Shown in pieces: positions 49,301-61,400 of a stretch of 64,000 bases of DNA. How positions within the stretch are numbered: the first letter of the stretch is position 1; each line of letters starts with the position of its first letter. Position numbers and translations under genes: made by a program. Source of the DNA: Lama guanicoe (lineage: Eukaryota); the NCBI GenBank assembly GCA_013239625.1, contig MU053810.1:2677518-2741517 (forward strand). Direction: 5' to 3'. Below the pieces are notes generated by a model. That model ran no database searches. It had not been told where the DNA came from and saw only the letters and a program-made list of their open reading frames with translations.

Positions 49301-52300
49301 GATATTGGCCCATAGTTTTCTTTTCTTACGATGTCCTTGCATGGTTTTGGTGTCAAAGAATGCTGGCCTTGATAAGATGAGTTGCAGATATTCACTCTTA
49401 CTCACTTTTCACAAAGAGTTTATCTAAATTTGGTATCATTTTTCAGTGTTTGCTAGAAATCACTTTTAAAGTCATCTGGGCCTACAGTTGTCTTTAGGCA
49501 AAGGTTTTAAACTATAATTCCATTTAAAAAAATGATATATGGCTATTCAGTTATCTATTTCTTCTTGTGTGAGCTTTGGCCATTTATATCTTTTTTCTTC
49601 CTAACCAGGCTGACTAGCTGGTTATGAATTTTATTCATCTTAAATTATTACCTTTGGGTCCAGTGATTTTTCTCTATTTTTTTTTATGTTTTATATTTTA
49701 GTGATTTCTGTTCTGATTTTATTTTTTCCATTTTGCTGCTTACTTTGGGTTTCCTCTACTCTTTTCTAATTTCTTAAGGTGCAAGATCATGAAATTTCTT
49801 TGACAACTTTCTTTTTTCTAATATAGGCAGCTTAAAAAATACTTTTTCTTTTTTTAAAGCAGCTTCAGATTCACAGAAAAATTGAATGGAAAGTACTGAG
49901 ATTTCCCATATATCCCTTGTTCCCACATACACCTTCTCCCAGCATTAGCATCCCACACCAGACTGTACATTTGTTACAGCCTACGAACCTACATTGGCAC
50001 ATCGCTATTGCTTAAAGTCCGTAGTTGACATGAGGGTTCACTTTTGATTTTTTACAGTCTGTTCTGTGGGTTTTAACAAATGTATAATCACATGTATCTG
50101 CCATTATAGTATCCTACAGGCTAGTTTCACTACCATAAAAATCTACGTTCTACCTCCTCCTTCCTCCCAAGCCCTTAGAACCACCAATCTTTATGCTGTC
50201 TCCATAATTTTGCCTTTTCTAGAATGTCATATAGTTGGAGTATATATGTAACGTTTTCAGACTAGATTTTTTTAACTTAATGATATGCATTCAAGATTCA
50301 TCTGTGTTTTTTTAAGGCCTGATAGCTGATTTTGTTTTGTTTTCTGCGACTGAATAATATTCCATTGTCTGGATGCACCACGTTTATTTATCCATTCATC
50401 TACATACAGAAGGATATCGTGGTTGCTTTGAAGTTTGGCAATTATGAAAAAAGCTTCTGTAAACATCTGTGTGCCGATTTTTGTGTGAACATAATTTCTC
50501 AGTTTGTTTGGGTAAAGAACAAGGAGTGTAATTGCTGGATTATATATTTAGTTTTATAAGAAACTACCAAACTGTTTTCCAAAGTGGCTGAATTGTTTTG
50601 CATTTTGACCAGCAGTGAATGAGACTTCCTTTTTCTTTACACCCTCACCAGCCTTTGGTGTTATCAGTGTTGTTTAAATTTGCACTTATCTGTTGACAAG
50701 ATGCGGAGCACTTTTTCTTACGCTTATTTGTCATTTATATATCTTATTTGATGAGGTTTTTGGCCCTTTAAAAAATCAGGTTGATTGTTTTCTTATGGTT
50801 GACTTTCAAGAGTTCTTTATATATTTTGGATAACAGTTTTTTTTTTTAATCAGATATGTCTTTGTTATATATTTTCTACCAGTCTATGGCTTATCGTTTC
50901 ATTTTCTTTATGGTGTCTTTTGCATAGTTGAAGTTTTTAATTTTAATGAAATCCGGTTTACCGGTTCTTTCTTTTGTGGATTGTCCTTTGGTGTTATAGT
51001 TAAAAAGTTATCACCAACTGTTTTCTTCTGTGTTATTTTCTAGGAGTTTTATGGTTTTCTGTTTTACATTTAGGTTTGAGATCCAGCTTGAGTTAATTTT
51101 TGTGCAGGGTGTAAGTTCTGTGTCTAGATTCATTTTTGTTGCATGTGGGTATCTAGTTCTAATGCCATTTGTTGGTAAGCCTATCTTTGCTTTATTGTAT
51201 TGCTTTTGTACTTCTTTCACAGAGCAATTGACTTTTTTATTTTTTAGGGTTTTTTTTTTTTTTTAAACTGAAGTAAAGTTGATTTACAATGTTACATTAG
51301 TTTCTGGTCAGTTGACTATGTGGGTCTGTTTCTGGCCTCTCTATTTGTTCCTTTGATCTAGTTTTTTATTCTTTGCCAATACTATACTGCAGCTTTATAG
51401 TGAATCTGAAATTGAGTAATGTCAGTACTCCAACTTCATTCTTGTTCTTCAATATTTTGTTTGCTATTTTGCCTCTTTATGTATACTTTAAAATTAGTTT
51501 GTCAGTATCCACACACACACAAGATGTCAGAATTTTGAGTGAGATTGTATTGAATCTAGATCAGGTTGGGAGGAACTGACAAATTGATGACATTGGCTTC
51601 TTGTTTATGAAGTTGGAATATCTTTTCATTTAATTATTACTTAATTTGGTTTATCAAAGTTTTGGTTCATCATATACACCTTATACGTATTCTGTTTGGT
51701 TTTAACCTAAGTATTTAATTTTGGAGAGCTCTGTTGTAAATATGATTGTATTTTTAATTTCAAATTCCACTTGTTCCTTGCTGGTGTATAGGAAAGCAAT
51801 TTTCTTTTTTATAGTAATCTTATGTTCTGCAATCTTCCTATAATCACTTATTAGTTCCAGGAATTATTTTGGTCAGTAATTTTCTGCATAGACAATTATG
51901 CCATCTTTGAAAAAGGACAGTTTAATTTCATTCTTCCTAATCAATATATGGCTTACTTTCTTTTCTTGTCTTATTACATAAACTAGGACTTTCAGTGTGA
52001 TGTTGAAAAGGAGTGGTGAGAGGAAGAATTCTTGCCTTGTTCTTGATACTAGTGAGAAACCTAGTTTCTCACCATTAAGTATGATGTTAGCTCTAAGTTT
52101 TTTGTGCATATTCTTTATCAAGTTGAGGAAGTTCCCCTTCTTTTTCTAGTTTACTGAGTGTTTTACTGTAAAGGGGTGTTTGTCAAATGCTTTGTCTGCA
52201 TCTATTGATATGATGTGTGATCTTTCATCTTTACATCTTGATGTGATGGATTATATTAATTTTTGAATGTTCATTCAGTCTTGCATCCCTAGGATAAATC

Positions 52301-55300
52301 CCACTTGATTGTGGCATATAGTTCTTTTTATATATCTTTGGATTTGATTTGCTAATTTTTTGTATAGAATTTTTACATGTATGATATGAGAGATGTTGTT
52401 CTGTAGTTTTCTTTCTTGTAATGTCATTATCTGTTTTGATTTTATACTAAAGCTGGCCTCATAGAATGAGTTAGGAAGTATTCTGCTTCTGTTTTCTGGA
52501 CGAGGTGATAGAGAATTGATATAATTTCTTCCTTAAATACTTGGTAGAATTCACCAGTGAACCCTTGGTGCTTTCTGGTTTGTGGGGCAGGTTAAATTAT
52601 TGATTCAATTTCCTTAATAGATATAGGCCTGGTACAGATTGTCTGTTTCTTTTTGTGTGAATTTTAGCAGCTGTGTCTTTCAAGGAATTGATCCATTTCA
52701 TCTAGATTTTCAAATTTATGGGCGTGGAGTTGTTCATAATATTCCTTGATTATCCTTTAATGTCTGTGAGATCTGTAATTTTGTTCCCTCTTTCATTTCT
52801 TATGTTAGTACTTTGAGTCCTCTCATTTTTCTTAGTTGTCTTGACTAGAGGTTTATGAATTTTCTATGTATTTTTAAAGAGCCAGCTTTTGGTTCTGCTA
52901 ATTTTCCTCTATTGATTTTGTTTTCATTTCATTGATTTCTGCTTTAATTGTCATTTTATCTTTTCTTCTACTTGTTTTGATTTAATTTGCTGCTTGCTTT
53001 CAGTTTCCTGAAGAAGCTGAGATTACTGATTTAAGGTCTTTTCCAACATAGCATTCAATGCTATAAATTTTCCTTTAAGCACTGCTTTTGCTGCATTCCA
53101 CACATTTTGAAGTTGTGTTTTCATTGTTGTTTAATTAAAATTTTCTCTTGAGCTTTCTCTTTGACTCATTTGTTATGTAGAATTGTGCTGTTTTACCTCC
53201 AGGCATTCTGGGATTTTTAGCTATCTTTCTGTTAATTGATGTCTAGTTTAATTTTATTGTGATCTGAGAGCAGACATTATATGATTTCTATTCTTTAGAA
53301 TTTGTTGAGTTGTGTTTTATGGCTCAAGATGTGTTCTGTCTTGGTGAATATTCTACATGAGCCTGTAGTCTATAGATGTCGATTGTATCCACTTGATTAA
53401 TGGTGTGGTTCAGTTCAAGTATGTACTTACTGATTTTCTGCCTACCAGGTCTGTCCATTTCTGGTAGAGGGGTGTTAAATCTCCAACTATAGGAGTAGAT
53501 TAATGTATTTCTCCTTGCAGTTCTATCAATTTTTGCTTCATGTATTTTAATGTTATGTTGTTAGGCACAAACACATTAATAATTGTTGTGTCATCTTGTG
53601 TTGTGTCACCTTTCTTTTTATATAATGCCACTCTTTATCCCTGTTAATTTCCTGCTGTGAAAGCTGTGTCTGAAATACAGCTATTTTCACATTGTTTTGA
53701 TTAGTGCTTACATGGTATTTTTTTTTCCATCCTTTGATTTTTTTTTAAGTCACTATGTGTCTCTATATTTAAAGTGGATTTCTTGTAGACAGCCTGTACT
53801 TAAGTCTTAATTTTTGATCCCCTGTCAATTTCTGTCTTTTAACTGCTATATTTAGACCATTTATGTTTAGGGTGATGATACAATTAGGCTACTCTCTATC
53901 AAATTTGCTACAGTTTTTTATTTGTTGTCCTTGATCTTTGCTCCTGGTTTTGTCTTCCACATGTTTTCTACCTTTTGTGGTTTTAATTGAATGTTTTATA
54001 TGATTCTATTTTCTCTTGTTTCTTAATATACCAGTTATACTTTTTTCCCTTTATGGTTGCCTTTGTGTTTGCAGTGTATCTTTATGGCATATCTTAAGTC
54101 CACTTTCAACTAACATCTATGTTGTTTCATGTAGTTACAAGTAACTTATTACAAAATATTCCTAATTCCTCCCTCCCATCTTTTCTGTCAGTCCTGTCAG
54201 TCATTTCATTTATACATAAGCATATATATGCATTAGACTATATAATCAGACACATTGCTTCTATTACTCTTTTGAACAGACTGTTAGCTCAATTAAGAAT
54301 AAGAAAAATCATAATTTTTATTTTATCTTCATTGTCTCATTCTCTGATGCTCTTCTTTTCTTTATGTAAATCCATGTTTCTGACCTGTTTCATTTTCCTT
54401 CTCTCTGAGGAACATTTCATGTTTCTTACAAGGTAAGCCTACTAGCAACAAATTCCCTCGGTTTTTATTCTGAGAAAGTCTTTATTTTTACTTTTGAAGG
54501 ATAGTTTTGCAGGGTACAGAATTCTAGATTTTTTTTCCTCTCAACACTTTAAATATTTCGTATCACTTCCTTCTTGGTTGCATTGTTTTTGAAGAGAAGT
54601 CAAACTTAATTCTTTGTTCCTTTATAGGTAAGGCTTTTTCCCCTTCTGGCTTCTTTCAGGTTTTTTTTTTTTCTTTCTTTCTTTCTTTTTTCTTTTATCT
54701 TTGCCTTCCTGCAGTTTGAATATAATATGCCTAGGTTTCTTTTTGTTTGTTTAGTTGGTTTTTGGTGTTTATCTTCCTTGGTATTCTCAGAGCCTCCTGG
54801 ATCTGTCATTTAGTTTCTCACATTAATTCGGGGGAAATTCTTAGTCATTATTGCTTCAAATATTGCATCTGCTCCTTTCTTTTCCTTGTAGTATTCCTAT
54901 GTTACACCTTCTGTAGTTGTCCTGTGGTTCTTGGATATTGTTCTGTGTTACTTTTTTTTCTCTTTGCATATCATTTTTGGGAGTTTCTATTTTCATATCC
55001 TCAATATATGAATATATATATATATATTATTTAAGGCACGGGCTTTATTAAGAGCATAATAAATACCTTGGCATATTTCAGAATTGTTCATGTCTGTGTC
55101 CCCACCCCCTCCCCAGAAGCGTCAGTGTGTTTTTCTTCTGATACTCACTGTCAAGACTTGAGAGAACTCTTGGAGGTAAAACTCAAAGTCTGAGGGAACC
55201 CCTATGACTGGGTCCTCCTAGAGTTTTAATCTCTCAGGCTTGTCCACACTGAGCCTTCAGCAACTTGTGAATTACAGTTGAGGTTTTCCTACCCTGATGC

Positions 55301-57360
55301 TGGAGGTTTCTGCTTGGGTATGCTGTGATTCTCTGTCAGTCTAATTTTGGGGGCAGTGGTTTACCCTGTGACCACATTTCTCTGATGGATCTAAAAAGAG
55401 TTATTTATCTTTCAGTTCGTTAGGCCTTTTACTTGTCAGGATGGAATGAAGACTTCAAAGTACCTTACAAGCTGACCAGAATCTAGAATTGCATATAATA
55501 TGGACATTTAATGCTGCAGACTTTGTTCTAAGCACCACTTATGAATTATGATATGTTGTATGTTCATTTTTACTTACTTGAACTAAAACCTTAAGATTTC
55601 CTTTTGATTTCTTCTTTGACCATGGGTTACTTAGAAGTATTGTATTTACTTTTGAAATATTTGGAGGTTTTTCACATGTCTTCTTTATTATTGATTTCTC
55701 ATTTAGTATCTTTGTGTTATATAATTCCTTTAAAAGTTTTAAAGATATTTTTAATGATACAGAATGTGGATTATCTTGTTCAGTAGTCTGCGTTTTTCAG
55801 AAGAATGTGTATTTTGCTCTTAATAAATGTAGTTTTTCTATAAATGTCAATTATCAGTTAGGTCACATTGACTTATTTAAGTTCTTTATATCCTTAATTT
55901 TTTTGTCTACTTGTCAGTTATTGAGAAAAGAATATGACCCTCTCTTACTGTAACTATGGATTTTGCTATTCTTTTTATTTTGTCAGTTTTTGCTTCATTT
56001 ATTTTGTAGGTCTCTTATTAGTTGCAGACACATTTAGGATTTTTATATCATCTTGTTGAATAGACATCTTTATCCTGGTAATAGTCCTTGTTCTGAAAGG
56101 TACTTTGATATTAATATTGTGAATACAGCTTTCTTTGGATTAGTGTTAGATTGATATGTCTTCCTCATACTTTTAATATCTTTATGTATTTATATTTAAA
56201 ATGGGTTTTTTGTAGGCATAATATCTTCAGTTTTTTTCTGTTACAATCTCTGCCTTTCAATTGGCATTTAATATGTATATTTTACTTATTGATATGGTTG
56301 TATTTAAATGTCATTTGCTAATTTTTAAAAAATTGAAGTACAGTCAATTACAATGTGTCAGTTTCTAGTGTACAGCACAGTGTCCCAGTCATGCGCATAT
56401 ATTGCTAATCCTTTTTAATTTGCCCATTATTTCTCATCTTATTTTCTTTCTTTTTCTCATTGAATATTTTTTATGATTCTATTTTGGCTAATTAGTAATA
56501 GTTCTTTTATTATTTTATTAGCTGTTTTTAGGTTATAGGATATATCTTTAACTTATCAGAGTCCGCCTTCAAGTGATATTATGCCATTTTACATATTGTG
56601 TAAGAACCTCGCAGCACAACTTCCATTCCTACCCTTTTGGCTTTGGGCCTGTTTTTGTTATATTTTAAGTCTTACATATTTTATAAACTTCACAGTTAAG
56701 TATTATTTTTGCTCTAAATCAATTATTAGTTATCTGTTGTCTTTGAAAGAGAAATAATTTTAAAGTCTTTCATATTTATCCATGTAATTACTGTTTTTAG
56801 TGCTCTTAAAGACAACTTTTAGCCCTTACTATGTTGTTAACTGCTGGTGATTCTTTCATCTTTTTTATCTGAAAAGCAATTATCTTGCCTGTGTTTTTGA
56901 AAGGTATTTTAGCTCGCTATAGAATTCTAAGTTGTTAATAGTTCAATAATTTCAGTTTCTTTTAGTACATTGAAGATTTTACTCTTTTACTCTCTAGCTT
57001 GCATCTTTTTCTTGAGAAATCTGTTTTCATCCTTATCCTTGTTTCTTTAGCACATAAGGCACCGTTTTCAGGGACCCTCTGGGTGCTCTTATCATTTTCC
57101 CTTTATTGTTGGTTTTTAGTGATAAGCCATTTGATTATGGTATGCAATTCATGGAGTTTTCTTCATGTTTCTTGTACTTGGGGTTAGTACTGCAGGTTTA
57201 TAGTTTTAGTCGAATTTTGTAATTTTCCTGCTGTTATTTCTTTAAAGTATTTTTTCTCCTATTATTATTTTAAGTATTCCCTTTCTGCCTCCCCTCCTGC
57301 TCTTTTTTGGGTATTCTAATAACATGTAAATTAGACTGCTTAGTGTTGTTCCACAGCTCA
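46330..57360 (-). mobile_element. About 11 kb of nested antisense L1 elements
   Basis: L1 ORF2-like peptides in ORFs 48841..49161, 51011..51220 and 51873..52121; ORF1-like sequence near 54.4-54.9 kb; several embedded L1 3' ends. Confidence 0.85.
47725..47879 (-). mobile_element. Vic-1-like SINE nested in an L1 3' end
   Basis: ggggatgaacccaggaccttgtgcatgctaagc...accctccccc. Confidence 0.82.
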
Positions 57361-59189
57361 CCGACCACCCTCCCACCCCACCAAAAGTAATCATTCTTTC
57401 TGTGCTTCATGGTTGATAATTTGTGCTGTATTCTAAGAATTGGGCTAATGAAAAATGTGTGACTTTTATGAGAGATTTGAATAGTACATAATTAAAAAAA
57501 AATTTAACTGGCATCACTATATTTCATCATGTTTTTAGAAGAAACAGCTATCAGTTGTTTTCCTTCCTGCCTGCCTCTTTGTCTCCATCATGGATGACAG
57601 ATTTTTATAGAATAACCTAAGGCAACCATACTTTTAAAAAATAGTAACTGCCATTTCTTTGATTACCTATGATATAGTCATTGTTTAATTCTGAGTCTAA
57701 TTAAAATTTTTTGCTTGAAATTAGAAATATTTTTTGTTCCTAAATAATACTGCTTAGTAGGCATATGGATATTTTATCTTACCTGAGGATTAATAGTTGT
57801 AGTTAGCCACAAAATAAAAATCAAACATTTTCTGAATGTCTATTTTAGAACATTTATTAAGTTGCCTGTAAATCACAATATATAGACCAAAGTGTTCATG
57901 CACTTCTTTAGAGACTGTCAGTATAACCAGATATACAATTTTATTTCTGGTGGAAAAGGAAAAAGAAAAAAAAGCAAAGCTGTATTTTACTTAGTTGAGT
58001 ACCGGTTGAAGTAGTTAGTTTGCATTTTATGGTCAATTTATTTGAAAAATACGTATTTTTAAGCACTTACATTGCTCTTAGGGCAGTGTGATGCTTATAC
58101 TGTGACAGTTATTTAGATTGTGAACCTGAGGAAACAGGTTTGTGATGTTGGGGGCCTGCTCGCTGTGTCTTAGCTGCCCCTCATTTTACTTCCTCTGCTC
58201 TCTTGCTTTTGAGTTAATTGTGTGTTAGTAATAGAATTCTACCGTACCATATTATTTAGATAGCATATTAATGAGACAAATGTTTTTAAATTAATTTGCA
58301 AACATGGAGTTAGAAGTCTCTCTTTGAATAAAATCTATATAGCCTTTTATTCCTTTTCATTATGTATAATTTTTTTCTTAACTGTTAGAATCTTCAGATA
58401 CAGTTTTTTTTTCATTATTAAGAAACCTGTAGTATCTTTTGAAACTTAAAAGGTGTTGAGGTTTTTGAAAAATGAAATGTTACGGTTTTATTTAATATGA
58501 TTTTGTCACTGAAATTTGCTTACTTTTCTTTCATACTTTTTCTTCCAAATGTCCTATTTTCATTAGATTATGAGCATATTTATTCTTCAGGGGTAAGCAA
58601 GGATATTCTATTAAATGACTGGAAAGATTGATCAACCCTAATTTAGATTGATATGTGAAAGCAAATAGCATATTTCTGTTGTTGGTGTTCCATAAAATTT
58701 TCTCTCTTTTTCCTTAGACACATAGACAAAGTACTTGACTGAAGAACACCACAACACCACTGTATTTTCTTTAGGTGACTTTCAGACTCCACTAGGGTTA
58801 GATGAATGGGATGGAAAACCTCAGGAACAACTCGAGTCACTGGAAAAAAAAATATTTGAAAAGTGAGGTGTCAGGTGTTTTCCAAAGTGATCTGCCTAGC
58901 ACGGCAACGGTTCATGTTTCTAAACTAATCCATGAAGTTTAATCAGCTTAAATATGATTGGTTCATTAAATGGGAGTTAGTTTTCTCTGAAATTTACATT
59001 GAAACCTTTGTCCTTATTTGTGGATTATAGTTTTTTACAACAATGATTGGTTTTTTATGAGATAATAATATCTCTTGTATTTGATGATGAAAATTTGTTC
59101 TTGGCAGTGAGATGGGAGGCAAGTAGCAAAGTAGTAGTAAAGAATATGGTTGTTAAAACATGTAAAATTTTCTCTTATTCCTTTTTGAA

Positions 59190-59281
59190 AGGGGTTGACT
59201 GATTTATGGAGGTACCAGGGATTGAACCCAGGATCTCTTGCATGCTAAGCATGCATTCTACCACTTGAGCTATACCCTCCC
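59190..59281 (-). mobile_element. tRNA-derived camelid SINE (Vic-1-like)
   Basis: gggattgaacccagg...gagctataccctcc; TSD tctctta(t/c)tccttttt. Confidence 0.85.
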
Positions 59282-59708
59282 TCTCTTACTCCTTTTTTGA
59301 ACATTGATTTGCTAAAAATGATTTGCTAGAAATTCGCTAACACAGCTGATTTTTATCATCACTGTCTCATTTTTCAAGTTTTGTATTGAGTGGTGGTTAT
59401 TTGTGGGAAATCTCAGTTTTGCATGTTTTCAGATTTTTCATTTGTGTTACATCAGAGATTTCGAGTAGATGTATTAGAAAAATACTTATTCATATATTTA
59501 TTCAACAGAAATTTAGGGCTAGCTGTATTCCAGGCACTTGGTGAATTTAACAATGGCAACAAAAATCCCCAATCCTATGGACCATGCAAACCTTTCATTT
59601 CAAAGCATGTTGATTAGTTTACATCTGCTATCACACTTTTCATAGTCATTTAATTTAATTTGTCATTAGTTGCACATACCTTATATTAAAATGATTATTA
59701 AGAGTGGG

Positions 59709-59737
59709 TATTATTATTATTATTATTATTATTATTA
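59709..59737. repeat. (TAT)n microsatellite
   Basis: Seen directly. Confidence 0.95.
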
Positions 59738-60439
59738 CAGTTTTTACCTTGCTTTTTCCCCCTAACATAACTAAATATAGGGGTTGATTGATAATCACTT
59801 TTAGGGTATAAATTGTACTTTAAATTTTTAGGAATCCTACCTGCAAAATGTAACTGTTCCTGCAACTTAATACTTAGAAGAAATGGTTTCTGTTTCAAAG
59901 GTTCTAATTCCCTTTTGAAAAGCAGCCTTCACCTGAATTTAAAAAATTCTTGCTCTGACCTGTGCTAGAACCTTATAATCTGATGGATATGGTCCTCTAA
60001 TGAAATTGTAGTGCCTTACTTATCTCTGGTTGTTGCCTTACTATGCTAAACACTAAAGCTGATTTTAATTTCATGTATAGAAAGTAGTATATTCTTGTTG
60101 AAAATGATATTGCTTTAGAAACCAGTGTTTTCTTTATTGCTTACTGTGTCATGGAATAAATACAACTAATACGTACTTTTACTAATTGCTGCAGTTTGAT
60201 GCTCAGCCATACCATAAGTTATCTACATTTTAAAATATTTGAACTCAACCCTAAAATAAATTGTTTTTACATGATTTTCTTAGGCAGGCTGACTTATTTT
60301 TATAACTGAAACTATATGTTTACCTTACAAATCCAATAATTATTTATTATTAATATGCCATCTCTTTCTTTTTTTTTTCTGTAGCCAAAATGTAATCAGT
60401 TCTTTTCCCTTTTACTTCCTTTCTCAATTAAAATGTTAG

Positions 60440-60692
60440 ACTTACACAAGCACTAGCAGCAATTCTATATCTGGATCATTGAAGCGCTTGGAAGATACTG
60501 CAGCACGATTTACAAATGCAAATTTCCAGGAAGTCTCTGCGCACACAACTAGTGCAAAAGATGTTTCTGAGGCTAGAGGGTCAGAGGGCAAAGGGAAGAA
60601 ATCTTCAGCTCACAGCTCAGGTCAAAGGGGAAGAAAGCCTGGTGGAAGAAATCCAGGGACGACTGTGTCAGCAGCTAGTCCTTTCCAGCAAG
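60440..60692 (+). CDS. MLLT10: MLLT10 coding exon (253 nt): TYTSTSSNSISGSLKRLEDTAARF...GQRGRKPGGRNPGTTVSAASPFQQ(G), including the AT-hook-like motif
   Basis: atgttag acceptor and AAG|gtatta donor; the peptide is in ORF 60479..60784. Confidence 0.95.
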
Positions 60693-61223
60693 GTATTAAT
60701 TACGATGTTTTAGTTAAAATACTTGTTCTTATAGTAGTTAAGTTTTGTAAAATAATTTATTTTTTACCTGTAACTAACAGATAATTGGAGATTATTTTAT
60801 GATTAGTTGCTATAGTAAGACTAATTCAAAGTCTAGTATTCCTTCTTAAAATGTTTCTGGGACCTTTGCTTTCTTTTTGTGTTATGATATGGCTTCCAGA
60901 GTTGAACTGTAACTTTTTAAATGTTTAAATAGATGTGGAATAAAGTTTAAGTTTGGGGAGAAAAACAGTAAAAGCTGGAGGTTTTCTTTCTGTTCTGCTT
61001 AATAGAAAAGTCAGTCTTTTTTATAAGTTTTTATTTTATCTCTCATAGTTAAACACTAAAACTGTTCAAGTATTTATTTTTAGTACGGGGAGGAAGTACT
61101 CAGTAATTTTTAGGGGAGTTAAATAGTTTTCAGTAACTAATAGTTGTTGTTTATTAATGCATTTATTATAAAACTTGAAGTTTAAAGTAGAATTTTGCTC
61201 AGCCTATGTATCTTTTGGTTATT

Positions 61224-61400
61224 ATGGCTACTATATGTACAGGATGCCAAGTTGATTTTTGAATTTCAGTTAATAAACAAATAATTTTTTAAATATGTCC
61301 CATGCATTTATTTGGGATATACTTATACTGAAAAATATTTTGTTGTGTAACTGAAATTCAAAATTAACTAGGTGTGCTATCTTTTAAATATGGCAACTCT
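61224..61400. mobile_element. MER53-like palindromic hAT MITE
   Basis: tttgaatttcagtta...tgtcccatgc...ttgggatata...taactgaaattcaaa...ggcaactct, with self-complementary arms. Confidence 0.75.

Noticed and set aside
1241..59898. Numerous 60-200 aa ORFs in the ORF track
   Set aside because: Low-complexity F/L/I-rich translations of antisense L1, SINE or LTR sequence or of AT-rich intron; only those overlapping MLLT10 exons, RPL10 or L1 ORF remnants are meaningful
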